A DNA stretch of 64,000 nt from assembly GCA_003427395.1 (NCBI GenBank), contig BFEA01000007.1, positions 2,045,738 to 2,109,737 of the forward strand, read 5' to 3'. The notes beneath the pieces were generated by a model, which worked only from the letters and a program-made list of their open reading frames with translations, made no database searches and was not told the DNA's origin. Positions 52,001 to 64,000 of this stretch are shown here, piece after piece. The position numbers were made by a program, and so were the translations under genes. Each line of letters opens with the position of its first letter. The stretch's first letter is position 1. The stretch is from Chara braunii. Its lineage: Eukaryota > Plantae > Charophyceae.

Positions 52001-53239
52001 GTTTTTAGTAATTTCTGATGTTAACAGTTAGACGCATGGAGACTCAACTGGAGAGAGACGACCTTCACTAAGTCTCCCCCTTACCTGTCCCGCTCTTCTC
52101 GTTCTCACCGAGTTTCGCCTATCTTCACACCAATCACGCATAGACAGTGCAGCGCGCATTGCAGAGCCTCTTCCCACCCGCTTGTCTCGAGAAAGTTGCG
52201 GTCATGATCCCAAGGCGAGCCCTCTCCCTCAATTACATGATAGGGATAAATTGCAATAGAGTGGTTCGCCTACTACCAACCTCGACCAGCCTCTCTTGAT
52301 GAGCATGCGTGTTAAACACATGTCACTCTTCGTTCTTGCACGCTGCCCCCCCAGCGCCAGCCCTCGATTACTGCTACCCCTTCTGTCGTCGAGTGTATCG
52401 GCCTTCCGTCGTTCGAGGCTGACACCGGTGAGTACCCAACGCCCTCTGCCAACAAGAACTGGCTCCTCCTCTTGGCGCATATGCCAAAGCGAGCACACTA
52501 TCACATTGATCATGTACTAGCCAACTAGTGCATGAGCGATGACCCCCGCTTCTCTCTCTCATGTCCCGCAAGTGTCTCGCATACCACTAAACTAACTTGC
52601 TCCGAAATATGAAGTCCCCAAGCTGATAACTCTCTTGGTCCAGCAAGGCTGAACTTTTTTATGTCTATCTTTTTGATAGCTCATTTGGACGGGCAGCTCG
52701 ATCATAAGACACGGAGTTCCTCTACCGGCATCTCTCTGGCCGGGTAGAGCCGAACTTTTTTATGTCCATCAGACTTTCTTTTCATCATGAGACTAAAACT
52801 GGTTACTTTTTTGATGTTCCACAGTCACGAGTTCTCTGAACTTAATATCACTGCAGCTGCACTTTACAATTACTCCCCACTCAGGGATCTGACGCTCGTG
52901 GACAGACTGCAACCCAACATTCTTGACACTTTTGATCTCATTGATTTCGTCGCTTATAGAAAATAATAAATCAATTCAGGTGCAGAAACGAATACAGATC
53001 ATCTGAAAAAAAGTATCTCTCAAGTCCTTTGTGACAAAATCTAACATGCTGAAAATTGACATGCTGACTTGACAATACAAGAACAGTCATAATTTTGTTG
53101 AAGTTCTTGTCTTTGCAGTACCTCTCTGCCTCACCATACTTTTCCCAGTTCTCTGAAGCAACTCTCTTACTAGATGGCTGATTCCTGTTTCCTTTCTTTG
53201 AAGTAATTGTAGGGACTAGGTCAGAGTCCCTGAAGATAG

Positions 53240-53642
53240 ACTTACGAAGTCTCGACCGCGATACCATGTCATGAACTCTTGAGCCATCCATCTTTGATAT
53301 CTCACAGACTATGCCTTCTGCTTCATTTGTAATTTTGTAGGGACCGAGCCATCAGGGACCCAATCGCTTAGTCCACTAAGTCTCAAGAGAACTGTCGTAT
53401 AGAAGAACAACGTCACAAACTTTCAGTTTCTCTTTTCTTATGTATCTCTTTTTGTTCCAACTCTCTTGATATGACAGTCTGCTAGTTGTCATCCTCTCTG
53501 CGGCATCCACTACTGCCTGATCAACCTCTGATATCTATTTCATTCTGATATAAAGAAGCTCTAAAATAGAATATTATCTGTCACTTTCTTGACTTAACCA
53601 CCTTTTGATTATGCTTTCAATAGGCAAAGTAGCATATCGACC
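53240..53642 (-). pseudogene. Ty3/Gypsy integrase C-terminal region (GPY/F domain), with stops
   Basis: Manual translation: GRYATLPIE...LKVCDVVLLYDSSLET*WTKRLGP*WLGPYKI...ISKMDGSRVHDMVSRSRLRK. Confidence 0.88.
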
Positions 53643-54179
53643 GTTGTTGGAGGGCGAGGTGTCCCGGCCCTCCTCTGTGTGTCAGGCTCCTACTCAGTAC
53701 TCGCTCCTCGCTCAGATGCCCACAGCTCGTCGGGTTGTTCCCGAGTGTACGCGACACTCTTGATATACCTGAACGGTACACTACTATGGACAGGTCCAGT
53801 TGGTGCACCTATTAGCAAAAGGGTGCGACAATGGACTCTTCATTGGTCCACGCAGGCTCGGCGCCCTGCTATACAGCAGAGCACTACCGGCCTGTGCCCG
53901 TGGTCGCCGCCGGGCTCGCCCAGGGAAGCGAAGGTCGAAGGACAAGCGCGTTTTTTTCCAATGCGCGCCGAGTGCCCCTCTGCCAGGTTATGGGTTAGGT
54001 GCATGGGGTCTTAGATTCACGGTCCAATAAAAAGAAAAATGAGGAAAAAGAAAAAGGGAAAGGGAAGTCATGTCTTAGGGTCGTGCGCCGATCTTGACCG
54101 TCGCCCTATTTTGGGAAGATTTAACGATTTCTGTCGTTGTGGCGTTATAATCCTCTCTTCCCTTTCTTTCTCTGATTGA

Positions 54180-54256
54180 TATTATTATTATTGTTATTAT
54201 TATTATTGTTATTATTATTATTGTTATTATTATTATTGTTATTATTATTATTATTA
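54180..54256. repeat. (ATT)n microsatellite
   Basis: Visible run; an equivalent run lies at 58950-59000. Confidence 0.95.
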
Positions 54257-54391
54257 CTGCTATTGAGTTTTTCTTCTGGTCTTTTCGGCCTATCATTTCG
54301 CGAGAGAGGCCAACGGTTCGAATTTGAAGCTTGGTTGTGGTTTGTGGCTTAGACTGACCCGAGCCTTCATGTATTTTCCATTGAGGGGACC

Positions 54392-54752
54392 GCTTATCAA
54401 CCGTGGATGGTCATAAGCCCCCTCCTTGCCATTGGACACGGGTATCCATCAGGGGTAATCCGCAGGTCCTTATTTGAAAAAAGGGGAAAGACCGCTTGTG
54501 TTCCGTTATGGGAAAATTTGCGGCATTCCCAAAAGAGGGGCTTATCACCCGTGGATGGTCATAAGTCCCCTCCNNNNNNNNNNNNNNNNNNNNNNNNNNN
54601 NNNNNNNNNNNNNNNNNNNNNNNNNNNNNNNNNNNNNNNNNNNNNNNNNNNNNNNNNNCCCCTCCTTGCCATTGGACATGGGTATCCATCAGGGGTAATC
54701 CGCAGGTCCTTATTTGAGAAAAGGGGAAAGACCGCTTGTGTTCCGTTATGGG
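54392..54752. repeat. ~148-bp tandem repeat spanning the N gap at 54574-54658
   Basis: CCGTGGATGGTCATAAG and CCCCTCCTTGCCATTGGACA recur around the gap. Confidence 0.85.
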
Positions 54753-55129
54753 ACTGTCGTATTTGGTCGCGTCACGCAAGGACGACCACTAAAGTTGGCG
54801 TTTGCTTTCTCTCTCTCGGTGTATTTTTATATTGTTATGTTTTATCATTTTCTGGATCACGAACCACTAAAATGTTGGACTTTAAGAGTTGTCAGTGCCC
54901 CTCATTTTAAACGGAGAGGTTGAGGCGCTCTGCGGTGTTATAAGAAAGAGAGAGAGGAGCCGTGCCACTTACTACTGACCCTTGTGAGAATGCGTGGTTG
55001 CTCTTTTTTCCCGTACAAGGAGGACAGGTGTGGTGGGTCGCAAAAGTCGGGATCTGTCCCTCGAGCTCAGTGCACACTGTATCGTGACCCGAGTGAGTGT
55101 GGGAGACTCAAACTGATGGGCGAACGACT

Positions 55130-55570
55130 ATGGCGCGTAGCAATGGCCTTTTCCGCTATAGGCCGGGCCATTTGAGATTTTACTGGAGCTGGGACCCAAT
55201 GCGCGAGGAGGGAGCTACGGTGGATGTTTGTCTCAGTTATAGTAAAGGTGATAGACAGGCTAGACTAAAGATTAGTGTCTATGAGGGAAAGGAGCGAAAA
55301 ATAAGGGAGGACAAGAAAATACAGGGTGTGGTTACTGAGGCTCGAGATCGGGCTGAGCGGAGGTGTTCAAAGAGACTAAAGCCGAAGGTCGGATTTTCCG
55401 CGGCGATCTTTTCCGGTGTGCTTTTGTCCTACAACCCGAGCCCGCGGAGACGACTCACGAATGGCGGTTGGACAATATGGGAATGCCAGGCCCGGAATAG
55501 ACTGTGGCGGAATGCGGACCGACGGGGGTGGGTTTTCCCTGGAATCGACGGTTGTCGGATGAATTATTAA
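55130..55570 (+). CDS. Small element-encoded ORF (146 aa) of unknown function, paralogue 1
   Basis: First ~80 aa align with the ORF at 59741 at roughly 40% identity with conservative substitutions and an intact frame. Confidence 0.55.
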   Translation: MARSNGLFRYRPGHLRFYWSWDPMREEGATVDVCLSYSKGDRQARLKISVYEGKERKIREDKKIQGVVTEARDRAERRCSKRLKPKVGFSAAIFSGVLLSYNPSPRRRLTNGGWTIWECQARNRLWRNADRRGWVFPGIDGCRMNY

Positions 55571-58461
55571 TTTAATTGAAAACAGGGAATTTTAATGCGA
55601 GACAGCGACGTGCCGGTCAGGTGGCTGAAATCGCTGCGACCGTTGGAATATAGCTACTGGAGGGCGGCATCTTACAGGCTCGCGCCAAGCGTTCTGTCGA
55701 TGAGGGTCGAATAGGAGACGAGACCGACGGCGGGAACCCGGGGAGATGGGAAAAGGGCGCTCCGGCCGTGAGTTTATTTCCAAGGCCGGGGCCGCGGAAA
55801 TTGGTGTGGTCTTGATATTTTCTGCGTGGTCCGTGGGGACCACGAGGGCCTGAACAGACTCGGGCTCAGGTTCGGAAAGAGCCCCGGTACCAGGGCGCTG
55901 CAAAAGGCCCGGTACCCGACAAAAAGGCCCTCTCCGCGAGAAAACCTTTTGGGGGCCCAAATAGGCCCGGGCCTAGGTTCGGGAGGAGGCTCGGTACCGG
56001 GGTGCTGCAAATTTATCGACAGCGGGTTGTTGCTGTTGTTACCATTGGGCCCGGCAAAGTACTTAAGCTGAGCGGGGCCCATTTTGAGGGGACTTTTTCC
56101 AATTCGCGCACGAGACAGGCGCATGGTGGGGGCAGGCGCACGGGCTGGCTTGCAGAGGGCTAGCACATGAAGGTCGTGCATACGGACGGGGACTTTGCCT
56201 ACGGAAGAGGTACACGGGGTGACGGGGGGGATTATAACTGGGCACAGAAAGGGCGCACGTGGCTGGCACACAGGGGTGTGCTAGCTCTCCTGACCAAGAC
56301 AGAGATGCAGTGCACCGAAGGGGCACGAACTAGGCAGGTACCAGTGAACGGGTACATTGCACGCTGAATCGAGATCACGGGGGAAGACATGTGCGAACGG
56401 GAGGGGGCGCTTGGGACGTACCTGCATGCTGCACGCGCCAGCGAAGAGGTATGATCGGGCACCGAAAGGTCATGATCCACGCTCGCGTAGGGAAGCCAAT
56501 TGAGTGGCTAATCAAGGCGTACGAGGCGCGTTGGAGAAGGAACTCGATCGGGAGATCGAATCAACGCACAAAGTGGCAATGAGGATTGTCCGCAGATCCT
56601 ACCATGCACACTAATCAAGGGGAGGACCCCCCCCCCCACTCACGGGAGGAGTGTCCAATGTTCATGGAAAGACCGAAGGGGCATGATCCTCGTGCGCGAG
56701 AAGCCAATCAACAGACTTCTTCATCAGACCAATCTGCACACGGGATCTGATCACTAGCGCACCGGCTCAGGCCAGTTGTGAACGAAAATAAATGGGATCG
56801 ATTGCTTGATCAGTTGCGTGATCAACGAGATCGATTGATGAATAGGGCCGACTGATTACTCAGACTAATAGATTCGTGGGACCGACTGCTTGATCAACTG
56901 CGTGATCAACGGGATCGATTGAGGGCCGGATAAGGTATGTTAGACTGACGAGAGGTCTGTCATTCCTGACCAGTGGTGGGCCAAAATCAAGGCAATCTAT
57001 AAATCTTGGATGTGAAAAACTGTCTTGTAATGCCTATTAAATTATTATTTTATCATTTTATTGTTTTATTATTTTATTATTTTATTTTGGGTTTTATCTT
57101 GTTATTTGTTGCTTGGCTGTTAATTGTTGGGGAGCTTGTTTGTTGGGGACACAGTCTGTTGTCTGTGGAACTTGTTTGTTTTGCAGGTACATAAAGGTTT
57201 ACTTCAAGTTCCCAGACCAAAGAAAAGAAAAGAGGTTCGGTATCCCCTTTGTTCTATCTGAGAAGTTGAGGGGATGCCTCACTCAGATCAGAGAAAGAGA
57301 ACAGGTTTTGATATCCCCTCGGTTGCTTGAGAAGTTGGGAGAGATATATCACTCGGGCCGGGAACAGAAAAAAGGGTTTGGTATACCATACCCCCAGCAT
57401 GGCCGACAGAATGACTGTCCTCATGTTGATGTCATATAGACAACATCCTTGACATCATTGTCAAGACAGGGAATAAGGTAACTTCTTCGCCGGAAAAGTT
57501 CGGCGGCAAGTTAAACTAACAGTAGATGAGAAATCCTTCTTAAATTTGTTTGGTGGCCGACAAGCGGCCTAATTCATGAGGAACCTACGTCCCCGGGTAT
57601 AAGGTATTCAAATTCTCAAGCCAGGGACGCTATAGGGTATGGAATGGATTGAGAAGTTAAGAAAAGGAAAGACTCATAAATTCAAAGAGAAGACTTCTTG
57701 CTTATATAAGAGGAAAAGGGTGATCATGAACTCGAACTGAAGCAGAACGAGAAGAAAGAAAATGCAACAAAGAGTGCAGTTATTGCGTTGAGAGAAAAAT
57801 GGCGTCACACATGGAGTAGGGGGTAAACGCATAGGCACTAATGTCTTGCTTGCTAATGGGGTGGTAGGCATTCTGGGGGAATATGGCGGGGAGGAAGGAC
57901 TAGGGGCACCGTAACGCGCCTCATACTTCTTTTGATAATATTCCATCCTCGTTGGGGATGGGTTTTTTTCGTACCAGCCGGTAAAAGGCTGGCGCGGATA
58001 TGGTCGTGTATGAGTGTCATAACCCCACACTTCTTCCTCTTCCCCATCCTCTGAACTATACCCTTGTCTTGCGCCAATCGGCGGCTCTTCATGAGCCTTA
58101 CCCCCTCTTCCACCTCTCCCTCTTCCCTGTCCGCGGCGTGCTTCTTACATGGTGCGAGGAAAGTCGGAAGAGAAGGGACGAGTAACAACGGAGAATAAGA
58201 CTAATTGAGCACTGTAAGAGTAAGAGGAGTAAGCTACTAAAGAAGAAAAGGGAGGACCGACAATGGATCACGCGAGTTTATTGCCCAGTGAAAAATGAAA
58301 ATGCGCTGCAGGGAGAAAAGTGTTAGCGCAGGATCACTTTGTGAGGACTTCACTGTGATACACACTGAGAACAAATGAGAATATTGACAATTGACTTTCT
58401 TTTATACTAGTCACTGTCTCGTTTTGGCCCAGCAGGGACGCAGGGCGGGGGGTTGGTATCA

Positions 58462-60200
58462 TGTCGGAGGGCGCGACGTCCCGGCCCTCCGCTGTGCACC
58501 TTACGCCCGCTCACTCACCGCTGTGTATGCCCTCATACCTTCGTTGTAGACCCGGTACTGGACAGCGGGGTCATGCTGAATCGACAGGCCCCATTACTGG
58601 GTTTCCCAATGGTACCACACAGGGTCGGTGCCTTGCCTTACAACGAGCCAGTTAGTAGCTGAAGTGACAGCTAGGCTTGCCCGACATGACAGAGGAGAAA
58701 GGAGGGGGTAACACTGTCTACTCTGCTACGTGCCTAGTCCCAATAGTCGCGTTTTGGGGTAGGTACAGTGATGACGGTAAGGGAAAATGCAAAAAAAAAA
58801 GAAAGGGAAAAAGTTGAGTGTTGGGCTTTGGATTGCGTAGATTTCAATCGTTGTCCTAGCGCCTCGATGTCTGAAGGTTTTAGCGAGACTGCGGCGCAAG
58901 AGAATTTTGAAGCTCCATCTTTCTTTTCTCTGCAACTATTACTGTTAATGATATTATTATTATCATTATTATTATTATTATTATTATTACTATTATTACT
59001 ATCAAAAATTTTATCTGATCTCCTCCCTTTTGTCGCTTCACGAAGGGTTAACGGTTCGTTTATGAATCTTGAGTACGAACTGGTGGCCTGGACTGGCCCG
59101 ACCTCTCGCTTATCATTTTGTGCCTGATCTGTCCGGCAGAGCGCCACGCGGTGGGACCCTAAAAAAGGGGCAACTCGCGACCGCTTTGGTAGGAGGCTTA
59201 TGCCCCCCGCGTGGGGGGTCATAAGCCCCCTCCTTGCCATCGAACACGCGTACCCATTAGGGGTAGGCCAGTAGTGGGTTTTGAAGGGAGGGAAACGCCA
59301 GTAGGCATCCTGTTATTGGACCACCACTTTCGGCCCATAATTACATCACAAGGGTCTGGGATTGACAGTAGCACGAGGAGTTTTGTTCGGGCTACGACCA
59401 TTGGGTTTCAGCCTCACGCATTCCCCAAAATCCATTGATTTTATCTTTATTCAAAATAATATATAAAACTCATAATGCGAATGATTCAGAGAAAAAGATT
59501 TAGTTCCTCGTTTAAAGCACAGGGATCACGACAAGTGTGGATCCTATGAAAAGAGGAGAGTAGAGTTATAAGCGATCGTTGTCCGTGTGCTGGAGATGAC
59601 CCCTGGATACTTTGAGAATTGGGATGCTGCTCGCTATTGATTTTCTTAGTAGTGATTCAGTCAGTATAGTGAGTACTGAGTGGCGTGCCTATTCTCAACC
59701 GGCGCCTCTGTACTGTGCTACGTCTATTGTTAGCTCAGCCATGGCGCGCAGCGATGGGTTGCATGGCTATACACCAAGCTGTTGGCGACACATGGTGTGC
59801 TGGTCCCCGATGTCTGGGGAAGGCCCACAAATTACCACTATTCTAGACTATGGGGGAGACGAGGCAAAATTGAAAATAAATGTAGAAGGGGGTAAGGAAG
59901 AAGAGATGAGGGGGAACCAAAGACTGCAGTTGGCAATCAATGAGGCGAAGAACCGGGCAGAGAGGAGGTTTAGAAAGGATGGGGTCACGGCGGAGGCTCA
60001 GGTGACCATGGTGTACCATGAGGTTGAGACCTCGACAGACACTGTAGAACGAGAGCAGCGACACCTGGACCGCGACCCCGAAGCAGAAAGTGACCAGAGT
60101 GATCTGGTGGCCGAGACCCAGTCTTGGCACGGCGTAAATCAGATACGAAGAAACCACCCATGAATAGGATCGGTAGAGGATGGCCCAGAGGCCAGTTCGG
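58462..60200. mobile_element. LTR-like unit 2, diverged relative of unit 1 (right boundary not determined)
   Basis: Starts TGTCGGAGGGCG..GTCCCGGCCCTCC like unit 1; same order of (ATT)n run, GGTCATAAGCCCCCTCCTTGCCAT block and MARS ORF. Confidence 0.65.
59741..60163 (+). CDS. Small element-encoded ORF (140 aa) of unknown function, paralogue 2
   Basis: MARSDGL...AKLKINV..GKE...EAKNRAERR matches MARSNGL...ARLKISV..GKE...EARDRAERR. Confidence 0.55.
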   Translation: MARSDGLHGYTPSCWRHMVCWSPMSGEGPQITTILDYGGDEAKLKINVEGGKEEEMRGNQRLQLAINEAKNRAERRFRKDGVTAEAQVTMVYHEVETSTDTVEREQRHLDRDPEAESDQSDLVAETQSWHGVNQIRRNHP

Positions 60201-63200
60201 GGTCAGCAGCTAGAGTGAGAGCGGGCCCAGGGGATGTAGAACCATTGGAGCGCGAGGCACGTGGAGTGCGACCCTGAGGTAACTCGGCAAGAAAATGAAG
60301 CAAGGGTTCCGAGAGGCGGTTACGTGTGCATGGACGGTACCGTGGGACGCGTGTAATGCAAGGGTACGTAGCAGAATAAGAGGGTCAACGTGAAGTGAGG
60401 GGTCAGTCGAGAGGGAGAGAGAATATAGAGTCGTCCCAGAGAGATCTTGGTTGACGTCACCGGCTAGAAGGGACGCTTGCAGCTGTCTTGGGAGTCTTGT
60501 GCGCCAGAGGCATTGGCCGCTAGTACGAATCAGGCGAGGGAAGATCCATCGTGCCCTGGCAAACACTTCATACTCTCACCATGACTAGTGTACTGAGAGG
60601 CATGTGCGTTTTTCATGGCGATCATCTTAACGTCTCCAAATGAGTAGTCAGATCGTTGTGGGTGAGTTTTCAGCTGATGACTAGTTGTTGACGTTAGACT
60701 TCTACAAGCCAGTCACGAGTAAGGGGGGCGTGAGCAGAGGTTATGCATGTTTTGAGGCACAGACGCTCCCTCGTTGTGGCGGACATCCTTAGACCATACC
60801 CCCTGCGCGGGCCATCGTCTTATGATCTCCTTCATTGCAGACCCAGTACGCACTTCTTGCGCATGGACTAAATGTGGTCACATCGCTTTCTCTTCAACAG
60901 ACGAGTGCCTACAAGAGAAGGGGGGGGGGAAGACTAAGTGGGCACGCGATGCGCGAAGTGAGAGAAGAGTAACTACTTATATGGCGTTGCTGCTGGCGTT
61001 TACAGTCCCATGCGGGAAGCTAGAGAACCTTCGGAGGGGCTGGATGTAAGCGGGTGCGTAATTTGCAATTATAGTGAAGAAGGGCCGCCAGCTTGGCATA
61101 ACCTGCGGAGACGGCCCAGAGTACCACCATGTTGCAACAAGAGGGATTGAGCACGAAGGCGAGCAACTAGACTCGCCAGAGGCAGCCGTGAGTTTCGCGG
61201 CCACGGAGCGGGTAAGTCCACAGTAAAGCATGTCCGTGTTTTCCCGATCGGCTCGCAGTTCTGAAACGTTCTGCTGATGACGCCCATTTTGATCCACTCG
61301 TCTCAGCGGGCGTAGTGACGACAATGACAAGCTCGCCTGGTTAGCAGGACATGGTTATGTGTAACGTCCGAATCATGGAAGAGTGAACCTGGGAACCAGC
61401 CGATGACAGTGTAGTTACTGCAAGAGCTGATCAATTACGGGGTGAGCGAGGTAGGGTGCACCCCACCTTTATTCATTGACATTACCATTTCGAGCGAAGC
61501 CTTCTCCACTACTATTACTAAGATACAATGCCTTTTCCTTGTGCAACTCTCGTCCACCATTCGATCGCCTGCTAGCTCCATCAGCAAGGGTCAGTGCTTG
61601 AGAAGGAAAAGGGAGTGAACTTTCCTTATATTTGTTTTCCGACGGAGGAATGAGTGATGATCCTGACTGTCTCGACTTCTAGCCCTTGGTAGGTCAGGAG
61701 AGGGAGGTGGCAGAGGTATGATGTTTTGCGAGAGCAGTGTGGCGATTGTAAAGGTTTTTCTTGAAGTACGAATAGACCTGTACTGTTGCAAGGCGATCCA
61801 ACTGGTCAACGTGATAACTCAATCGGGCGGGAAATTGAGTACAAATTCTGATCACCCAAACCAGCCTTGAAAATCCGGTATTGAGCACCAGTATAAGTGA
61901 GATTGGAGCGAGGTAGAGGTTGGTTTCATGCAAAGTTGTCTTCTAGTTTCTGACAATGTATGAGCACTGATTTGGTTATGCCATATGTTGGGACTCTAGC
62001 TTCTTTAGTCTGTTTCTTGAAGTTATAATAAAGTTTTTTCTCTTGTATCAATTTTCAGTTGTTCAGTTTCCCTCCATCGAATTCGTAAGACTAAAGACGC
62101 AACGACTGCCCAGGGGCGAGAGCTTTTCACTGTCACCGGAGAGTGTATTGCCGACTGATAACTTTGCAAATCGACCGTATGGATGGTCACCCCCCCTGCA
62201 AACCTTTTCTGTTTGAACTCGAAATCAGCCACCAGTGCCGCACCCAATCGATGAAAACTCACCTCCCCTATGTTCTTCCCTCTAAATTGAGAATTGCGAT
62301 CTGAGGATGAGGGAAGCTGTGTTCTCAATGGGCACGGGGTCCCTGCGTCCGACTGAATGAAGGGAAGATGAGCGGGTTGTGTTTTGCCCCTCTCTAATCT
62401 GCCTCCTTAAGAGAATCCGGAATATACACGTAAGCCTAGTTTATGGAAATTACTTTTATATTCTGGTATAAGAAAAAAAAGTGCCAGATGGGAGACTTAT
62501 TCCGGTAAGGCGGGCAGGCTCACCAGTATTTCCTGGGTAATGGGAAAAGAGGTTTTGGAGGTCTTTCGTCTTGTCTCTTGCTCGTTGGTATGCGTTGATG
62601 GGTCAGGGAAAAATCATCATGAAGAGAATTTCGTGCCTTCTTGTCAAATTCCTACTCGATGGGGACTGACTACAAGAGTGGCTTTTACGATTGCCTCCTA
62701 GGACTTAACAACTTTTGAGGCCCTGTAAAAATGGAGGACATTGTCCGTTAACTATGTATTATTAATGCAACACATTGGGGCAACTTAGCACTCGCTGGCC
62801 CGGCCTAGCAATTAGAAGTGAAAACAGTCCTCTAATTGTGGCCGACAGAGCATCAGGGGTAACTGGCATATACGCGCCTCTTCTGACTAACAGGTTGAAC
62901 CTAGCGTCTCACTCCAAAGGATTCTGACTGCGACGCTGTGAGCTCTGTTCAGCTAAGATCTACAGTTCACTGCTTGGAAGAAGTGCCTTGTGCCGATTTT
63001 TTTTGTATTTACCCGAACCAACTGTCAAGAACAACAATTGCACTCCCTCTTCTAACAAATCTTCAGGGCAAGTCCCAATCGGATTGAGTCTGTTTAGCAC
63101 GCACCAAAACTTTGAACATCGACGTCAGAATGTAGGTATGGCCGGTCTGTGGTCCTGCACTGGACATTGCCTTCAAATCCCCGTCTCATCACCAGTCGTT

Positions 63201-63397
63201 AATCCGCAGATTCGTACCTGCTCCATAACTTGACAAAGGGGACGACATATAGTAGTTCAGAATACTTAGCAATTACTGGACGATCAGACTGCTCTACATG
63301 ACTCCAAGTTTAGGGACAACCTTCTGCTTTATGTATAACAAGTGGACCCCGTGGCGCACAGCAACACTCGCCGATGGCGTCTCATTTTCGTTTCATG

Positions 63398-63400
<3 letters not shown>

Positions 63401-63481
<81 letters not shown>

Positions 63482-63693
63482 CGGCAATGCTGCGACATGG
63501 AAGGGGCAGGGAAACAAACGGAGGGAAAGGGGATGCAGAGGGAAAGAGGCGAGCACAATCAAGGGAGGTTGAGGATCAGAGGCACAAAGGCGGAGAGGGA
63601 AGTAGGGGCGGGAGAGGAAATGTTTGCATTTTTTTGTGTGAGCAGGGTGCAGTGTAAGAGAGGTGAAAGTGTGTGCATGCTCTCTATGTCTCC

Positions 63694-63777
<84 letters not shown>

Positions 63778-63928
63778 CCCGACTCCCATCCGGCGTGTTG
63801 CAGGTTCGCTTGGCCAGAAAATTCGAAAAAGAAAAAAAAAACACAGAAAAAAGATCCCATGCAAACGGTGATGACGCGGCATGCTTATTGCCACGTCCGC
63901 ATATAGACGGGATCCTTGCCAGCTGCCA

Positions 63929-64000
<72 letters not shown>
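63401..64000. repeat. (CT)n microsatellite cluster (three long runs)
   Basis: Runs at ~63401-63478, 63698-63774 and from 63934 to the end. Confidence 0.97.

Larger units (their letters stand above)
39300..53644 (-). mobile_element. Large degenerate Ty3/Gypsy retroelement, 3' half, with internal inversion of ~40580-50180 (left boundary approximate)
   Basis: Minus-strand integrase C-terminus at 53.2-53.6 kb; homology to 1-2.8 kb is split into two opposite-orientation blocks. Confidence 0.65.
53645..58461. mobile_element. LTR-like unit 1 (TG...CA bounded, ~4.8 kb) truncating the integrase
   Basis: Begins TGTTGGAGGGCG exactly where integrase similarity stops and ends TGGTATCA where unit 2 begins; first ~1.7 kb is homologous to unit 2. 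Confidence 0.6.

Noticed and set aside
61400-63300. Continuation of pol, or a BED-finger transposase (KSPIWHFF), on the minus strand
   Set aside because: Looks like decayed coding DNA, but I found no RT, RNase H, integrase or CxxC motifs; left unassigned.
63298-63906. RE/SL-repeat ORFs (also at 11.0, 21.3 and 29.0 kb)
   Set aside because: Translations of (CT)n/(GA)n microsatellites.

Overview
Repeat-dominated eukaryotic genomic DNA with no intact host gene. The style of the retroelement ORFs resembles the charophyte alga Chara; this is recalled resemblance, not verified. From left to right: (1) the zinc-knuckle end and 3' non-coding region of a Ty3/Gypsy-type element (1-3.5 kb); (2) a non-coding repeat-family member, here called A (5.9-10.8 kb, +); (3) two ~10-kb direct duplicates, units B (11.0-21.2 kb) and C (29.2-39.2 kb), each holding an inverted relative of A plus a decayed large-subunit rRNA fragment; (4) a pseudogenised Helitron Rep/helicase between B and C; (5) a large minus-strand Gypsy element (39.3-53.6 kb) with an integrase C-terminus, a very long post-pol region of repeated-domain ORF remnants and a ~9.6-kb internal inversion; (6) two diverged LTR-like units in tandem that share a small conserved ORF (53.6-60.2 kb); (7) microsatellites, two MITE-like inserts, four N gaps and two Nextera adapter artefacts. 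The most striking signal lies in the A family. It carries an array of 8-12 hairpins with an invariant TAAGTT loop on unrelated but self-complementary stems, with compensatory changes between subfamilies. A second array of five ~124-bp hairpin units follows it. G-U pairs point to the same strand in both arrays, consistent with a multivalent structured RNA carried by a mobile element. All alignments and folds were done by eye.
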